This document shows, one piece after another, positions 46,676 to 54,985 of a DNA stretch of 64,000 nucleotides. Location: NCBI GenBank assembly GCA_964368835.1, contig CAYJCZ010000001.1:89481-153480 (forward strand), given 5' to 3'. Made by a program: the position numbers and the translations under genes. The notes beneath the pieces are model-generated. The model had not been told where the DNA came from and made no database searches. It saw only the letters and a program-made list of their open reading frames with translations. Source of the DNA: an uncultured Candidatus Saccharibacteria bacterium. Its GTDB lineage: Bacteria; Patescibacteriota; Minisyncoccia; Phycocordibacterales; UBA6065. Position 1 is the stretch's first letter; the number at the start of each line of letters is the position of its first letter.

Positions 46676-47077
46676 TCAATGCTTCTTGATAACGTAACAG
46701 TAGTTATAGTCCACTAGAAATGGTACTACGAAGGCGTTTATGATTCTTAATTCAGCCTTTTGACACACTTCGAGCAAACGTTTGGCAAGAGCAATCACCC
46801 GTTTTTCTTCATTGATGTTAAACGTAATGGAGATTTGAGGGGGATAACAATGCGTGTTGTCTTCGATATTGCAGCCTAGTGACTTGATTTCTGGCCACTC
46901 TTTCAATTGACTCGCTAATACCCTAAGTGTCACGCGATCATTATCCATATCTGTTTTGGCACTATTAACGGTTTTGGTAGCCACCGTCGGGGCATTGGAA
47001 TTGTCAGATGTGTTTGTCATGAGCAGGAACGGCCGATAATTCAGCCGCTTTTGTCCATGACAACCATCCTGTATCAA
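46676..47077 (-). CDS. hypothetical protein, paralog B (alternative TTG start as tracked)
   Basis: Shares the promoter/5-prime module and a C-terminal block with the ORF at 43830-44348. The start codon is uncertain: the position homologous to ATG in A is AAT here. Confidence 0.4.
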   Translation of the reverse strand: MIQDGCHGQKRLNYRPFLLMTNTSDNSNAPTVATKTVNSAKTDMDNDRVTLRVLASQLKEWPEIKSLGCNIEDNTHCYPPQISITFNINEEKRVIALAKRLLEVCQKAELRIINAFVVPFLVDYNYCYVIKKH

Positions 47078-47220
47078 AGAACTATTACCTATATATTATA
47101 TCATTTTACACTCAAAAGTCAAGTATAGGCTAGAACCAAAATAGTCCTTTGAATTTGGGTTAAATGGGAGAAAGAATAGATTATAAAAATGACGCTTATA
47201 TCGTCTCTTTAAAATCAAAT

Positions 47221-47616
47221 TTAAAAATATTTCTTTATTTCCATAGGCCAGACCAAAAGGCTCTTTACCAAGTCAGTATCAACCCAAAGTGCCTCAAAGA
47301 ATGTGTCTTTGTCGGTTCCAATATTCTCTGGGCTATTTGGCTGCAAGTGGGGAATACCGCTTATGAATTTAAATTCAAAAGTATGATGTGTCCTTCCGTT
47401 AGAACAGACAAATGATTCTATTTTTCTTATGAATGATGATTCGATTGAAGTTTCCTCCCATACTTCTCTGACCACAGCTTGCTCCGGTGTTTCACCTTCT
47501 TCAAGTGTTCCTCCAGGGAGCATATATACATCTTCTCCAGGTTTATGTCTGCAAAGCATTAGAACTTTTCCATCTTTAATTATGAGTGCCGCAGCTCGAT
47601 CCTTTTTCATTTGCAA
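47221..47616 (-). CDS. NUDIX hydrolase
   Basis: Nudix box GGTLEEGETPEQAVVREVWEETSIE. Confidence 0.75.
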   Translation of the reverse strand: MQMKKDRAAALIIKDGKVLMLCRHKPGEDVYMLPGGTLEEGETPEQAVVREVWEETSIESSFIRKIESFVCSNGRTHHTFEFKFISGIPHLQPNSPENIGTDKDTFFEALWVDTDLVKSLLVWPMEIKKYF

Positions 47617-47669
47617 AGTATATCAAAACCGAATAAGAATCACTTCTTACCCCTAAAGTCATCTTATTC

Positions 47670-47747
47670 TGGTGGGGTGCCTAGAGGGAATCGAACCCTC
47701 GACGCCGGGACCACAATCCAGCGTTTTACCACTAAACTATAGGCACC
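47670..47747 (-). tRNA. tRNA-His (GTG) with genomically encoded G-1 and 3-prime CCA
   Basis: Minus-strand read: G-GTGCCTA...CTGGA-TTGTGGT-CCCGG...GAGGGTTCGATTCCCTC-TAGGCAC-C-CCA. The extra 5-prime G opposite discriminator C is the His identity element. Confidence 0.75.
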
Positions 47748-47757
47748 ATTTTTAAGG

Positions 47758-47790
47758 GAAACGGCGGGCGGTATACCGCCCGCCGTGTTT
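47758..47790. other. perfect palindromic hairpin between tRNA-His and tRNA-Leu
   Basis: GGCGGGCGG-tata-CCGCCCGCC (9-bp GC stem). Possible processing or termination signal. Confidence 0.4.
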
Positions 47791-47794
47791 CCTT

Positions 47795-47876
47795 GTGCGC
47801 GGAAGAGGACTTGAACCTCCATGCCTTGCGGCGCTACCACCTCAAGGTAGTGTGTCTGCCAATTCCACCATCCGCG
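47795..47876 (-). tRNA. tRNA-Leu (GAG), long variable arm
   Basis: GCGCGGA acceptor, anticodon stem-loop CTACC-TTGAGGT-GGTAG, variable arm GCGCCGCAAGGC, T-arm GGAGGTTCAAGTCCTCT. Confidence 0.75.
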
Positions 47877-47971
47877 CATTTACTAGCTTTGGCATAATAG
47901 CTTAAACACTCTGGATTTTCAACTTTCTATAGGAGATCAAAAGAAAACCCGCTCTGTGAGCGGGGTGTTTC

Positions 47972-48403
47972 TTATTTTGCTGGAGCTGTTTCTGCCTTAG
48001 CTTCTTCTTTCTTTGGAGACTTCACAACATCAGTGTTTCCTCCTTTTTCAGAGCGAAGGTTTCGCATCTGGCGTCGGATTTCTTTTGCTGCCTTCTCTCG
48101 TACGAAGTAGAGTTTTGATCGGCGGACCTTAGACTTTCGGATGGTTTCGATTTCATCGATCATCGGAGAGTAAAGAGGGAAGATTCGTTCAACGCCTACG
48201 CCGTCGATAACTTTTCGAACGGTAAATGTAGCGCCTGCTTCGTCACCATGCTTTCGAGAAAGGATTAGACCTTCAAAAGCCTGGAGTCGGGTCTTGTCGC
48301 CTTCTTTAATTTTCTGCCAAACGCGAACAGTGTCTCCTGAGCGGAGCTTAAGGGCCTTTCGAGCGGCCATATCTATAGGTGAAGTAATTACTTTGCTTTC
48401 CAT
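47972..48403 (-). CDS. rplS: 50S ribosomal protein L19 with Lys/Glu-rich C-terminal extension
   Basis: [58 protein letters not shown] matches the L19 core. Confidence 0.85.
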   Translation of the reverse strand: MESKVITSPIDMAARKALKLRSGDTVRVWQKIKEGDKTRLQAFEGLILSRKHGDEAGATFTVRKVIDGVGVERIFPLYSPMIDEIETIRKSKVRRSKLYFVREKAAKEIRRQMRNLRSEKGGNTDVVKSPKKEEAKAETAPAK

Positions 48404-48495
48404 GAAATTGATGTATTAACGTGGTCGTTAATCTAACATGCAGGCATAAAATTAGCAAGAAAGAGCCATATTTGGCTCTTTCTTTGCGATTTCTG

Positions 48496-48568
48496 TGCGC
48501 CCTGAGGGACTTGAACCCCCGACCTTCTCAGTGTAAATGAGCTGCTCTACCAACTGAGCTAAGGGCGC
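48496..48568 (-). tRNA. tRNA-Val (TAC, tentative)
   Basis: GCGCCCT acceptor, D-arm AGCTCAGTTGGTAGAGC, anticodon loop TTTACAC, T-arm GGGGGTTCAAGTCCCTC. Confidence 0.7.
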
Positions 48569-48653
48569 ATTTCCTATCAGGCATAAACAATAGCTTATTA
48601 GAAGAGTTTTATCAAATTTTTATCTTATATTGCTATATTTTTCGTAAATTTCT

Positions 48654-48962
48654 ATGGCATACAAGAAAATTGAAGATTTATACGCCGCGCAAAAGAGACA
48701 TAGGGTTAAAGTCAGGGGACTCCTTTTCAATTTTTTACTTACCAAATCCTGTATTGATTGTGGCGAGAAAGATCCGATAGTACTTGATTTTGATCACCGA
48801 ACACCTGATACTAAATTCAAGCCGATTTCAAAAATGCTGTCAGGTCACTATTCCTGGGAGTCGCTTATGAGGGAAATAAAGAAATGCGACATTAGATGTG
48901 CTAACTGTCATCGTCGCAGGTCACACAAACAATTTGGTTATTTCGGAAGAATGCCCTTGTAG
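48654..48962 (+). CDS. HNH endonuclease
   Basis: CIDCGEK...DFDHRTPD...CANCHRRRSH HNH/zinc-finger motifs. The 3-prime end overlaps the first 10 nt of tRNA-Arg. Confidence 0.75.
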   Translation: MAYKKIEDLYAAQKRHRVKVRGLLFNFLLTKSCIDCGEKDPIVLDFDHRTPDTKFKPISKMLSGHYSWESLMREIKKCDIRCANCHRRRSHKQFGYFGRMPL

Positions 48963-49024
48963 TTTAATGGATAAAACTCCGGACTTCTAAGCCGGGTATC
49001 GTGGTTCGATTCCACGCGAGGGCA
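48953..49024 (+). tRNA. tRNA-Arg (TCT, tentative)
   Basis: GCCCTTG acceptor paired with CGAGGGC, anticodon loop CTTCTAA, T-arm CGTGGTTCGATTCCACG. Followed by a bidirectional terminator at 49033-49064 (AAAACCACTCC-agtgc-GGAGTGGTTTTATTTTT). Confidence 0.7.
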
Positions 49025-49065
49025 CATGAAAAATAAAACCACTCCAGTGCGGAGTGGTTTTATTT

Positions 49066-49371
49066 TTACATCGATGGATCATCAAGTATCTCCATGGGTA
49101 TTGCAGAGGCATCACTATCTCTTTGTTCAATATTCTTGATTGCTTTGTCTATGTTTTCCTTAGTGAGGCGGATTGTTGGGGTGGTCTGCTCTGCAGGATC
49201 TTCTATGGCATCTGAGGTAAGTTTGATAAATGTCAGCACGCTCATAGAGAGCACAATGATAAGTCCGACAACAAATCCCCATAATGCAAAATGCCAATCA
49301 TACTCAGGGGTTTGACCAAGTCTTGCAAATGGGGAACGTATGCCGTCTATAATTTTGTGAAAGAATTTCAT
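49066..49371 (-). CDS. small membrane protein at the distal end of the pilM/N/O operon
   Basis: Single TM helix. Co-oriented and contiguous with the pilO-like gene. Confidence 0.4.
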   Translation of the reverse strand: MKFFHKIIDGIRSPFARLGQTPEYDWHFALWGFVVGLIIVLSMSVLTFIKLTSDAIEDPAEQTTPTIRLTKENIDKAIKNIEQRDSDASAIPMEILDDPSM

Positions 49372-49373
49372 TT

Positions 49374-49919
49374 CTATTCTTTTATATACTGAATCAATTC
49401 AAGATTAAATGACCATGAGGTTGTAGCATTTTTCTCGTCAGTGCTTCCCATTTTTATAAAATTCACACTCTCTATACGAGAAATATAGGGTAGGGCATCG
49501 AGTGTTGAAATAAATCCAACGATTTTCTCCCATCTGCCACTGCCGGACATTTTCACTCGAAGTTGGGGATAAGGGGAATCTCCCTTTGTCGGTTCAACAT
49601 TAATTGATCCAAAATCTGCTCGAACACCGACTTGTGCTGCTTTATCCTCGAGAATATTGATAAACTCTGGCACACCTTCTTCAGTTACAAATCGATTCTC
49701 AATCCGAAGGAGGGCATCTTTTGAGTTTCTGAGGGTATTTCGTACTGTGCTTGCGTATGTGGATTCTGAATTTCGATTACGCGCTTCCTCTGCAATTGAT
49801 GCTATGCCACCGCTAATCTGCGAGCTTTTATAAATTAGAAAGATCCATGCTGCAAGCACGACAAGTACGCAGAGTGAGAGGAAGATGACGGTAACTTTTG
49901 AGGTTGATGAGTTTTTCAT
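49374..49919 (-). CDS. type IV pilus assembly protein PilO-like
   Basis: Short N-terminus, single TM, coiled segment and C-terminal domain. Position after the PilN-like gene in the pilM operon. Confidence 0.5.
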   Translation of the reverse strand: MKNSSTSKVTVIFLSLCVLVVLAAWIFLIYKSSQISGGIASIAEEARNRNSESTYASTVRNTLRNSKDALLRIENRFVTEEGVPEFINILEDKAAQVGVRADFGSINVEPTKGDSPYPQLRVKMSGSGRWEKIVGFISTLDALPYISRIESVNFIKMGSTDEKNATTSWSFNLELIQYIKE

Positions 49920-49920
49920 A

Positions 49921-50454
49921 TTAGATTTTTGAATCTATGCTAATTGAAAATGGTACATCTTTGCTGCGTGTGAGGCTTCCGACAGGGAGGTTAACGTTCG
50001 TAAATGACGGCTCACCTTGGAGTCGTTTTGAAAATGACACAAGTGCGTCACGAGAAGGGGCTATGCCAGTAATTGAGATTGAGTCTGTCTCCTTATTTCG
50101 ACGAATGGCAAGCGCATCGATTCGGATGTCACTGCCTTTTTTAGATAAAATTCGCTCGAGCACGGTTGCGATTGGAATTTCTGTGCTGTCGACTTCAATT
50201 GCAATGATTCTGCGTTTTGCTGCAGACACTTCGCTATCAATTGAGATGTTTGTTTCCGCTGCCGGGTCAGTCTCAGGACCTTTTTCTATCTGTGCTGCCG
50301 TAAGTCTTGAATCGAGAAGTACATACGTGGGTAAAGTGAGCGCTGCGCCTACTATAAAGAGCAATCCAAGCATACACGCATAGATTATGGCGAAACGAGA
50401 CTTGTATTGTCCCATTACTTGCGCCCTGTATTCATCAAAGAGGAATGTAAACAT
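49921..50454 (-). CDS. type IV pilus assembly protein PilN-like
   Basis: Short cytoplasmic N-terminus then TM (FAIIYACMLGLLFIVGAALTL). Immediately downstream of pilM. Confidence 0.5.
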   Translation of the reverse strand: MFTFLFDEYRAQVMGQYKSRFAIIYACMLGLLFIVGAALTLPTYVLLDSRLTAAQIEKGPETDPAAETNISIDSEVSAAKRRIIAIEVDSTEIPIATVLERILSKKGSDIRIDALAIRRNKETDSISITGIAPSRDALVSFSKRLQGEPSFTNVNLPVGSLTRSKDVPFSISIDSKI

Positions 50455-50459
50455 GGTGA

Positions 50460-51563
50460 TTATAATAGTGCGCCTATAACAGTTCCATACTCGAAAGAAT
50501 CTCGATAGAGAATATCAGGTACATTTTCTTCTACAGATAGAATATTCGTCCACACAGACCCTGTTTTTGCAGGAATCTTTGCTTCACTTGAAATATATCG
50601 AGAGAAACCTGCAATAAGTGCATCGCTACCTGAGAGTATGATGTTCTTTATCTCTTTAACCTCGTTAGTTTTCTTGTTTTGTGTTCTCCAATAAACGAGC
50701 ATTTTTCCAAGTTCGTCTTGAATAATTGAGAAAATCGGTGCCATGGCTTCAAAAAGCTTCATGTCTCCATCACTTTCGGCAAACGCCTTCTCAAGTTTGA
50801 GCTCTCGAGCTGCTGCCTCGGTAATACCGAATTCCTTCGCTATTGCTTGATCAAGATCAACTGACCCTACTTCAAGTGTAGAGCTAAACACGACTGCACC
50901 TTTTTCAACAATAAATACAACCGAGTGATGTTCGTTTACAGAGACGACTGCATGAATATCAGTATCGTGTTTTGCAAAGAGGGAACGGGAAAGTGCTCGG
51001 GCTTCGGTTTCGATTGATACGACCTGTACGCCGCTTGCAGTAAAGAGATTCATCATTTCACCGGCGGTTCTTTTTGAAATAACTGATACAGCCACGGTGC
51101 TTGTGTTCGTGTCAGCGTCTTTTGATATAACTTCATATTCGAATACTGCTTCACTTGGGTGAACGGGAACGTTCTCCTCGAGGATTCCTTCAATAGCAGC
51201 CCTCATTTCACCCTGCTTTATTGTTGGGATTTTTACCTTAAATACGTATGCTTCACCTTCATGAATCACAAGGCGAACCGAGCTGCATTTTTGAGCAGCT
51301 GCCCATGTTGTAAGTGCTGCCACAGCCTCTGCTCGAGATTTATCATTAAGTGAACCAAGGTGGACGTGGGGGAAAGGGATGGATCCGTAAGCTTTTGCGG
51401 TGAGTGAATCTCGGTTGTGGTGTAGTTCAAAGAAACGAAGTCGGTCATCGCTAATGTCGACTGCCATATTAGACAGGATAAGCGATCGAGGCACAGGGAA
51501 TGCCCTTTGTATAAAACTCTTTTTCTTCGAAGCTTGTGCTTTGGGAACTATAGAAGGGTTCAT
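50460..51563 (-). CDS. pilM: type IV pilus assembly protein PilM (actin-like ATPase fold)
   Basis: About 367 aa with two actin/FtsA-like lobes. Typical PilM N-terminal region. Confidence 0.75.
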   Translation of the reverse strand: MNPSIVPKAQASKKKSFIQRAFPVPRSLILSNMAVDISDDRLRFFELHHNRDSLTAKAYGSIPFPHVHLGSLNDKSRAEAVAALTTWAAAQKCSSVRLVIHEGEAYVFKVKIPTIKQGEMRAAIEGILEENVPVHPSEAVFEYEVISKDADTNTSTVAVSVISKRTAGEMMNLFTASGVQVVSIETEARALSRSLFAKHDTDIHAVVSVNEHHSVVFIVEKGAVVFSSTLEVGSVDLDQAIAKEFGITEAAARELKLEKAFAESDGDMKLFEAMAPIFSIIQDELGKMLVYWRTQNKKTNEVKEIKNIILSGSDALIAGFSRYISSEAKIPAKTGSVWTNILSVEENVPDILYRDSFEYGTVIGALL

Positions 51564-51576
51564 CCCAAATAGTATA

Positions 51577-52200
51577 CTATATATTTTCTATTTTTTTGTG
51601 TCGGGATTTCGCTCGTTCTCGTAGAATTTCGATAACGATAGGGAGAAGTGACAAAGCAATGATTCCAAGGATCACAACTTCTAGATATTTTTCGATTCCG
51701 GGCACAACTTGGCCTAAATAGTAGCCTCCTAGGATAGAAAGTTGGGTCCAAAGCAGGCCTCCAGCAACATTCCACACAAGGAATGTTTTATATGGCATTT
51801 TGCCAACACCGGCAATAATTGGTGCAAAAGTACGAATGATTGGCACAAAGCGAGCCAAAAGAATGGTCTTTACTCCGTGCTTTTTATAGAACGCTTCAGC
51901 TCGGAGAGCGTGCTTCTTGTGGAATATAAATGAATCTTCTCTGGAGAATAGGGAGGGACCTACACGTTTACCGAATGCATAACCGACACTATCACCCGCA
52001 ATGGCTGCAATTGCTGACCCAATAAGCAAAACTGATAGGGTGAGATGTCCTTGTGACGCAAAAAGGCCGGCAGTAAAGAGAAGTGAGTCGCCGGGAAGGA
52101 AAAAACCAAAGAAAAGTCCAGATTCAGCGAATACAATAGCTATAATTCCAATCGTACCGAGTGTTTCTATGAGAAATTTTGGCTCTAAGAATTCTGGCAT
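51577..52200 (-). CDS. DedA/SNARE-associated family membrane protein
   Basis: LFTAGLFASQGHLTL...GDSVGYAFGKRVG...KHGVKTILLARFVPIIRTF DedA signature. Confidence 0.8.
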   Translation of the reverse strand: MPEFLEPKFLIETLGTIGIIAIVFAESGLFFGFFLPGDSLLFTAGLFASQGHLTLSVLLIGSAIAAIAGDSVGYAFGKRVGPSLFSREDSFIFHKKHALRAEAFYKKHGVKTILLARFVPIIRTFAPIIAGVGKMPYKTFLVWNVAGGLLWTQLSILGGYYLGQVVPGIEKYLEVVILGIIALSLLPIVIEILRERAKSRHKKIENI

Positions 52201-52290
52201 GTGTTGTGTGTTGTTCTAACTGTATACATATTCACGTTGTGAGGCAATGTGTACTTTATAAAGATGATATACTAATACAAATATTTATAT

Positions 52291-53505
52291 ATGCTTTTTT
52301 CATTTAAGGCAGTTCGAAAAGACGGTTCTCACTATGAAGGTACGCTCGAAGCGACTGATAAGTTTGCTTTGTATCGTGATCTTCATGCAAAAGGGGATAA
52401 CATTTTGTCTGTAAAAGAGAAATCTTCGGGAGGAAATTTAAAGAAGTTCTTCTCTATGTCATTTGGTGGGGCTAAAATGGCGGATCGTATTGCGTTTGCA
52501 AAAAATCTCGCAGCAATGCTTAAGGCGGGATTGCCTCTCGCCCGAGCGCTTACAGTGTTGGAGCGTCAGATGACGGGAAAGGTGTGGAAACCTATTTTTA
52601 AGGTATTAAATGAAAACCTAGCCAAAGGTCTCACACTCTCGCAGTCCCTTTCGATGTTTCCAAAGACGTTTTCTCCTTTGTTCGTATCTATGGTTGGGGC
52701 AGGTGAAGAGTCCGGCTCTCTTTCTCAATCATTAGGCATTGTCGGAGATCAGCTCGAAAAGTCCTACATGCTTCAAAAGAAAGTACGTGGCGCCATGATG
52801 TACCCAGCAATTATCTTGGCAATCATGCTTATAATTGCCATCCTCATGCTTGTATACGTGATTCCAAAACTCACTGCAACATTCAAGGAGTTTAATACTG
52901 AGCTTCCATTTGCGACAAAACTTATTATCGGAGCAAGCGACTTCTTTGCAAGCTACTATATCCTCATAATACTAGTGCTTATTTTACTTGTAACAGGTTT
53001 TTATGTGTTCTCAAGGACAGCGCTCGGTAAGCATGTTATTGGGTGGAGTATTTTGAGGATCCCTATCATTGGTCCAATTTCAAAAGAAGTTAACTCAGCT
53101 CGAACGGCTCGTACACTCTCATCACTTCTGTCATCAGGTGTAGAAGTTGTTACATCCATAAAGATCACATCAACAGTCGTCCAAAACGTGCATTACAGGG
53201 ATATGCTTACTGACACAGCTGAAAAAATACAGAAAGGTGCAACACTCCAGTCACTTTTTACGCCTCGTCAGGATATTTACCCATCATTTGTGTCTGAAAT
53301 GATTGGAGTGGGAGAGGAGACTGGTACTCTTTCAAAAACTCTCTTTGAGGTAGCAATTTTCTATGAGAATGAGGTTGAACAGAAGACAAAAGACATGTCA
53401 ACAATCATCGAACCATTCCTTATGGTTTTCATGGGTGTGGCCGTAGGATTCTTTGCTCTCGCCATGATCTCTCCAATTTACTCACTCTCAAATAATATCT
53501 CGTAG
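52291..53505 (+). CDS. pilC: type IV pilus assembly inner-membrane platform protein PilC (GspF family)
   Basis: Two GspF repeats each with TM helices. About 404 aa. Confidence 0.85.
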   Translation: MLFSFKAVRKDGSHYEGTLEATDKFALYRDLHAKGDNILSVKEKSSGGNLKKFFSMSFGGAKMADRIAFAKNLAAMLKAGLPLARALTVLERQMTGKVWKPIFKVLNENLAKGLTLSQSLSMFPKTFSPLFVSMVGAGEESGSLSQSLGIVGDQLEKSYMLQKKVRGAMMYPAIILAIMLIIAILMLVYVIPKLTATFKEFNTELPFATKLIIGASDFFASYYILIILVLILLVTGFYVFSRTALGKHVIGWSILRIPIIGPISKEVNSARTARTLSSLLSSGVEVVTSIKITSTVVQNVHYRDMLTDTAEKIQKGATLQSLFTPRQDIYPSFVSEMIGVGEETGTLSKTLFEVAIFYENEVEQKTKDMSTIIEPFLMVFMGVAVGFFALAMISPIYSLSNNIS

Positions 53506-53511
53506 TTCTCC

Positions 53512-53973
53512 ATGTTCGCAGCCCACATAAAAAAGTCAGCAGGGTACACGCTTTTGGAGCTCATGATAATCGTGGCAATTTCATCATTACTGGCTGGTCT
53601 GGCATACACGTCGTTTACTGCTTTTTCTCGAAATGAGGCTTTGGATGCTGGCACTGCCTCGATTGTGGCTGGTCTGCGAGATGCACGAGCACGAACTCTT
53701 GCATCAGTTGATGGTTCGCAATATGGAATCTACATAGAACAGTCAAAATACACGTTATTTAAAGGCGCACTCTATGATGCGGGTTCTAACCTCAACTCGA
53801 TTACCGACTTTAATTCATATATAAAGGCATCTTCAACACTTACGTCGATTGTGTTTCAGAGGGTGACGGGAAATACCACTGCATCTGGTACAATAGATGT
53901 ATACCTTATAACCGATCCTTCTCAGAAAAATACGATATCTGTCGCTTTAACAGGGTTAGTAGATGTAGACTAA
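53512..53973 (+). CDS. type IV pilin/pseudopilin (class III signal peptide)
   Basis: Prepilin motif KKSAG-YTLLELMIIVAI (G then x4 E, hydrophobic helix). Confidence 0.7.
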   Translation: MFAAHIKKSAGYTLLELMIIVAISSLLAGLAYTSFTAFSRNEALDAGTASIVAGLRDARARTLASVDGSQYGIYIEQSKYTLFKGALYDAGSNLNSITDFNSYIKASSTLTSIVFQRVTGNTTASGTIDVYLITDPSQKNTISVALTGLVDVD

Positions 53974-54452
53974 TGAAAAAAGCAAAAGGCTCAACATTGA
54001 CGGAGGTTGTTATCGTGGCCGGCATACTCTCAACAGTATCGCTCGCATTTTTAGGCACATTTGCAGTCATCTCGAAGTTTCATGAAAAAAATCTAAGGGC
54101 TATCAAGGCTGGCCTTTTGGCTGAAGAGGGAATGGAGGCGGTGCGAATTATTAAGGGAAGAGACTTCAATACACTTTCTACTTTAGCTCAGTCTGGACCT
54201 TCCACACCTCAGTATTTAGAGGTGTCACCATCTACATGGAACACAACCACTACTCCAGAAGTGGTCGACAATCTTTACTATAGATATTTTGTTGTAAGTC
54301 CTGCATACAGAACGGTAGATTCAGATCCGACACAATCTTCTGCCGGTAACACACTCGACCCAAACACTGTCTATGTTGATGTCACTGTTGAGTGGCTTTG
54401 GCGTAATGCAACAACATCAAATTCTTATAAGGCTTTCATGACAAACCTATGA
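53973..54452 (+). CDS. type IV pilin-like protein
   Basis: Prepilin motif AKG-STLTEVVIVAGIL. Confidence 0.7.
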   Translation: MKKAKGSTLTEVVIVAGILSTVSLAFLGTFAVISKFHEKNLRAIKAGLLAEEGMEAVRIIKGRDFNTLSTLAQSGPSTPQYLEVSPSTWNTTTTPEVVDNLYYRYFVVSPAYRTVDSDPTQSSAGNTLDPNTVYVDVTVEWLWRNATTSNSYKAFMTNL

Positions 54453-54982
54453 TTTTTCCCTTAAACAAAAATCGAAGCGGCGGATACACCCTTACCGAGA
54501 TGCTCATTACAATCGGGCTTATGACGATGCTTCTTTTGCTCATTGTCGACACTTCACTTTCAATCGCAGCGTCCCATAAGCGCGCACAAAAGTATCTTGA
54601 AATAAATGCTTCTGCCATGGGCGCTTTTTCTAGGTTCTCAAGAGATATTCGAAGAGCAACCTCTGTTGATGAGATCAATAGTGTGATTGGGGCTAGCTCA
54701 GGCAAGTTGGTTCTCAACATGAAGAAGGCAGATGGTACGGATGATGTAACCACTTTTTATCTAGACGGTGATCGTGTGAAAGAAATCTATAATGATGAGG
54801 AAAGAGGGGACATAACTCCTGGTCCGGTCAATGTGACGAATTTAACCTTTAGGTTATTCGAGGATGCTACAACTACCGCGGTTAGAGTTGAACTCACAGT
54901 GGCGCCAGATAACACTGATTTGAATATACCAGCGGTCAATTTTTATAGTACGTATGTGTTACGCGGATCTTATACTCAATAA
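54449..54982 (+). CDS. type IV pilin-like protein
   Basis: Prepilin motif RSGG-YTLTEMLITIGLM. Confidence 0.7.
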   Translation: MIFPLNKNRSGGYTLTEMLITIGLMTMLLLLIVDTSLSIAASHKRAQKYLEINASAMGAFSRFSRDIRRATSVDEINSVIGASSGKLVLNMKKADGTDDVTTFYLDGDRVKEIYNDEERGDITPGPVNVTNLTFRLFEDATTTAVRVELTVAPDNTDLNIPAVNFYSTYVLRGSYTQ

Positions 54983-54985
54983 TAT

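Noticed and set aside
47664-47879. 71-aa minus-strand ORF
   Set aside because: Completely overlaps tRNA-His and tRNA-Leu. Its sequence is a translation of tRNA genes.
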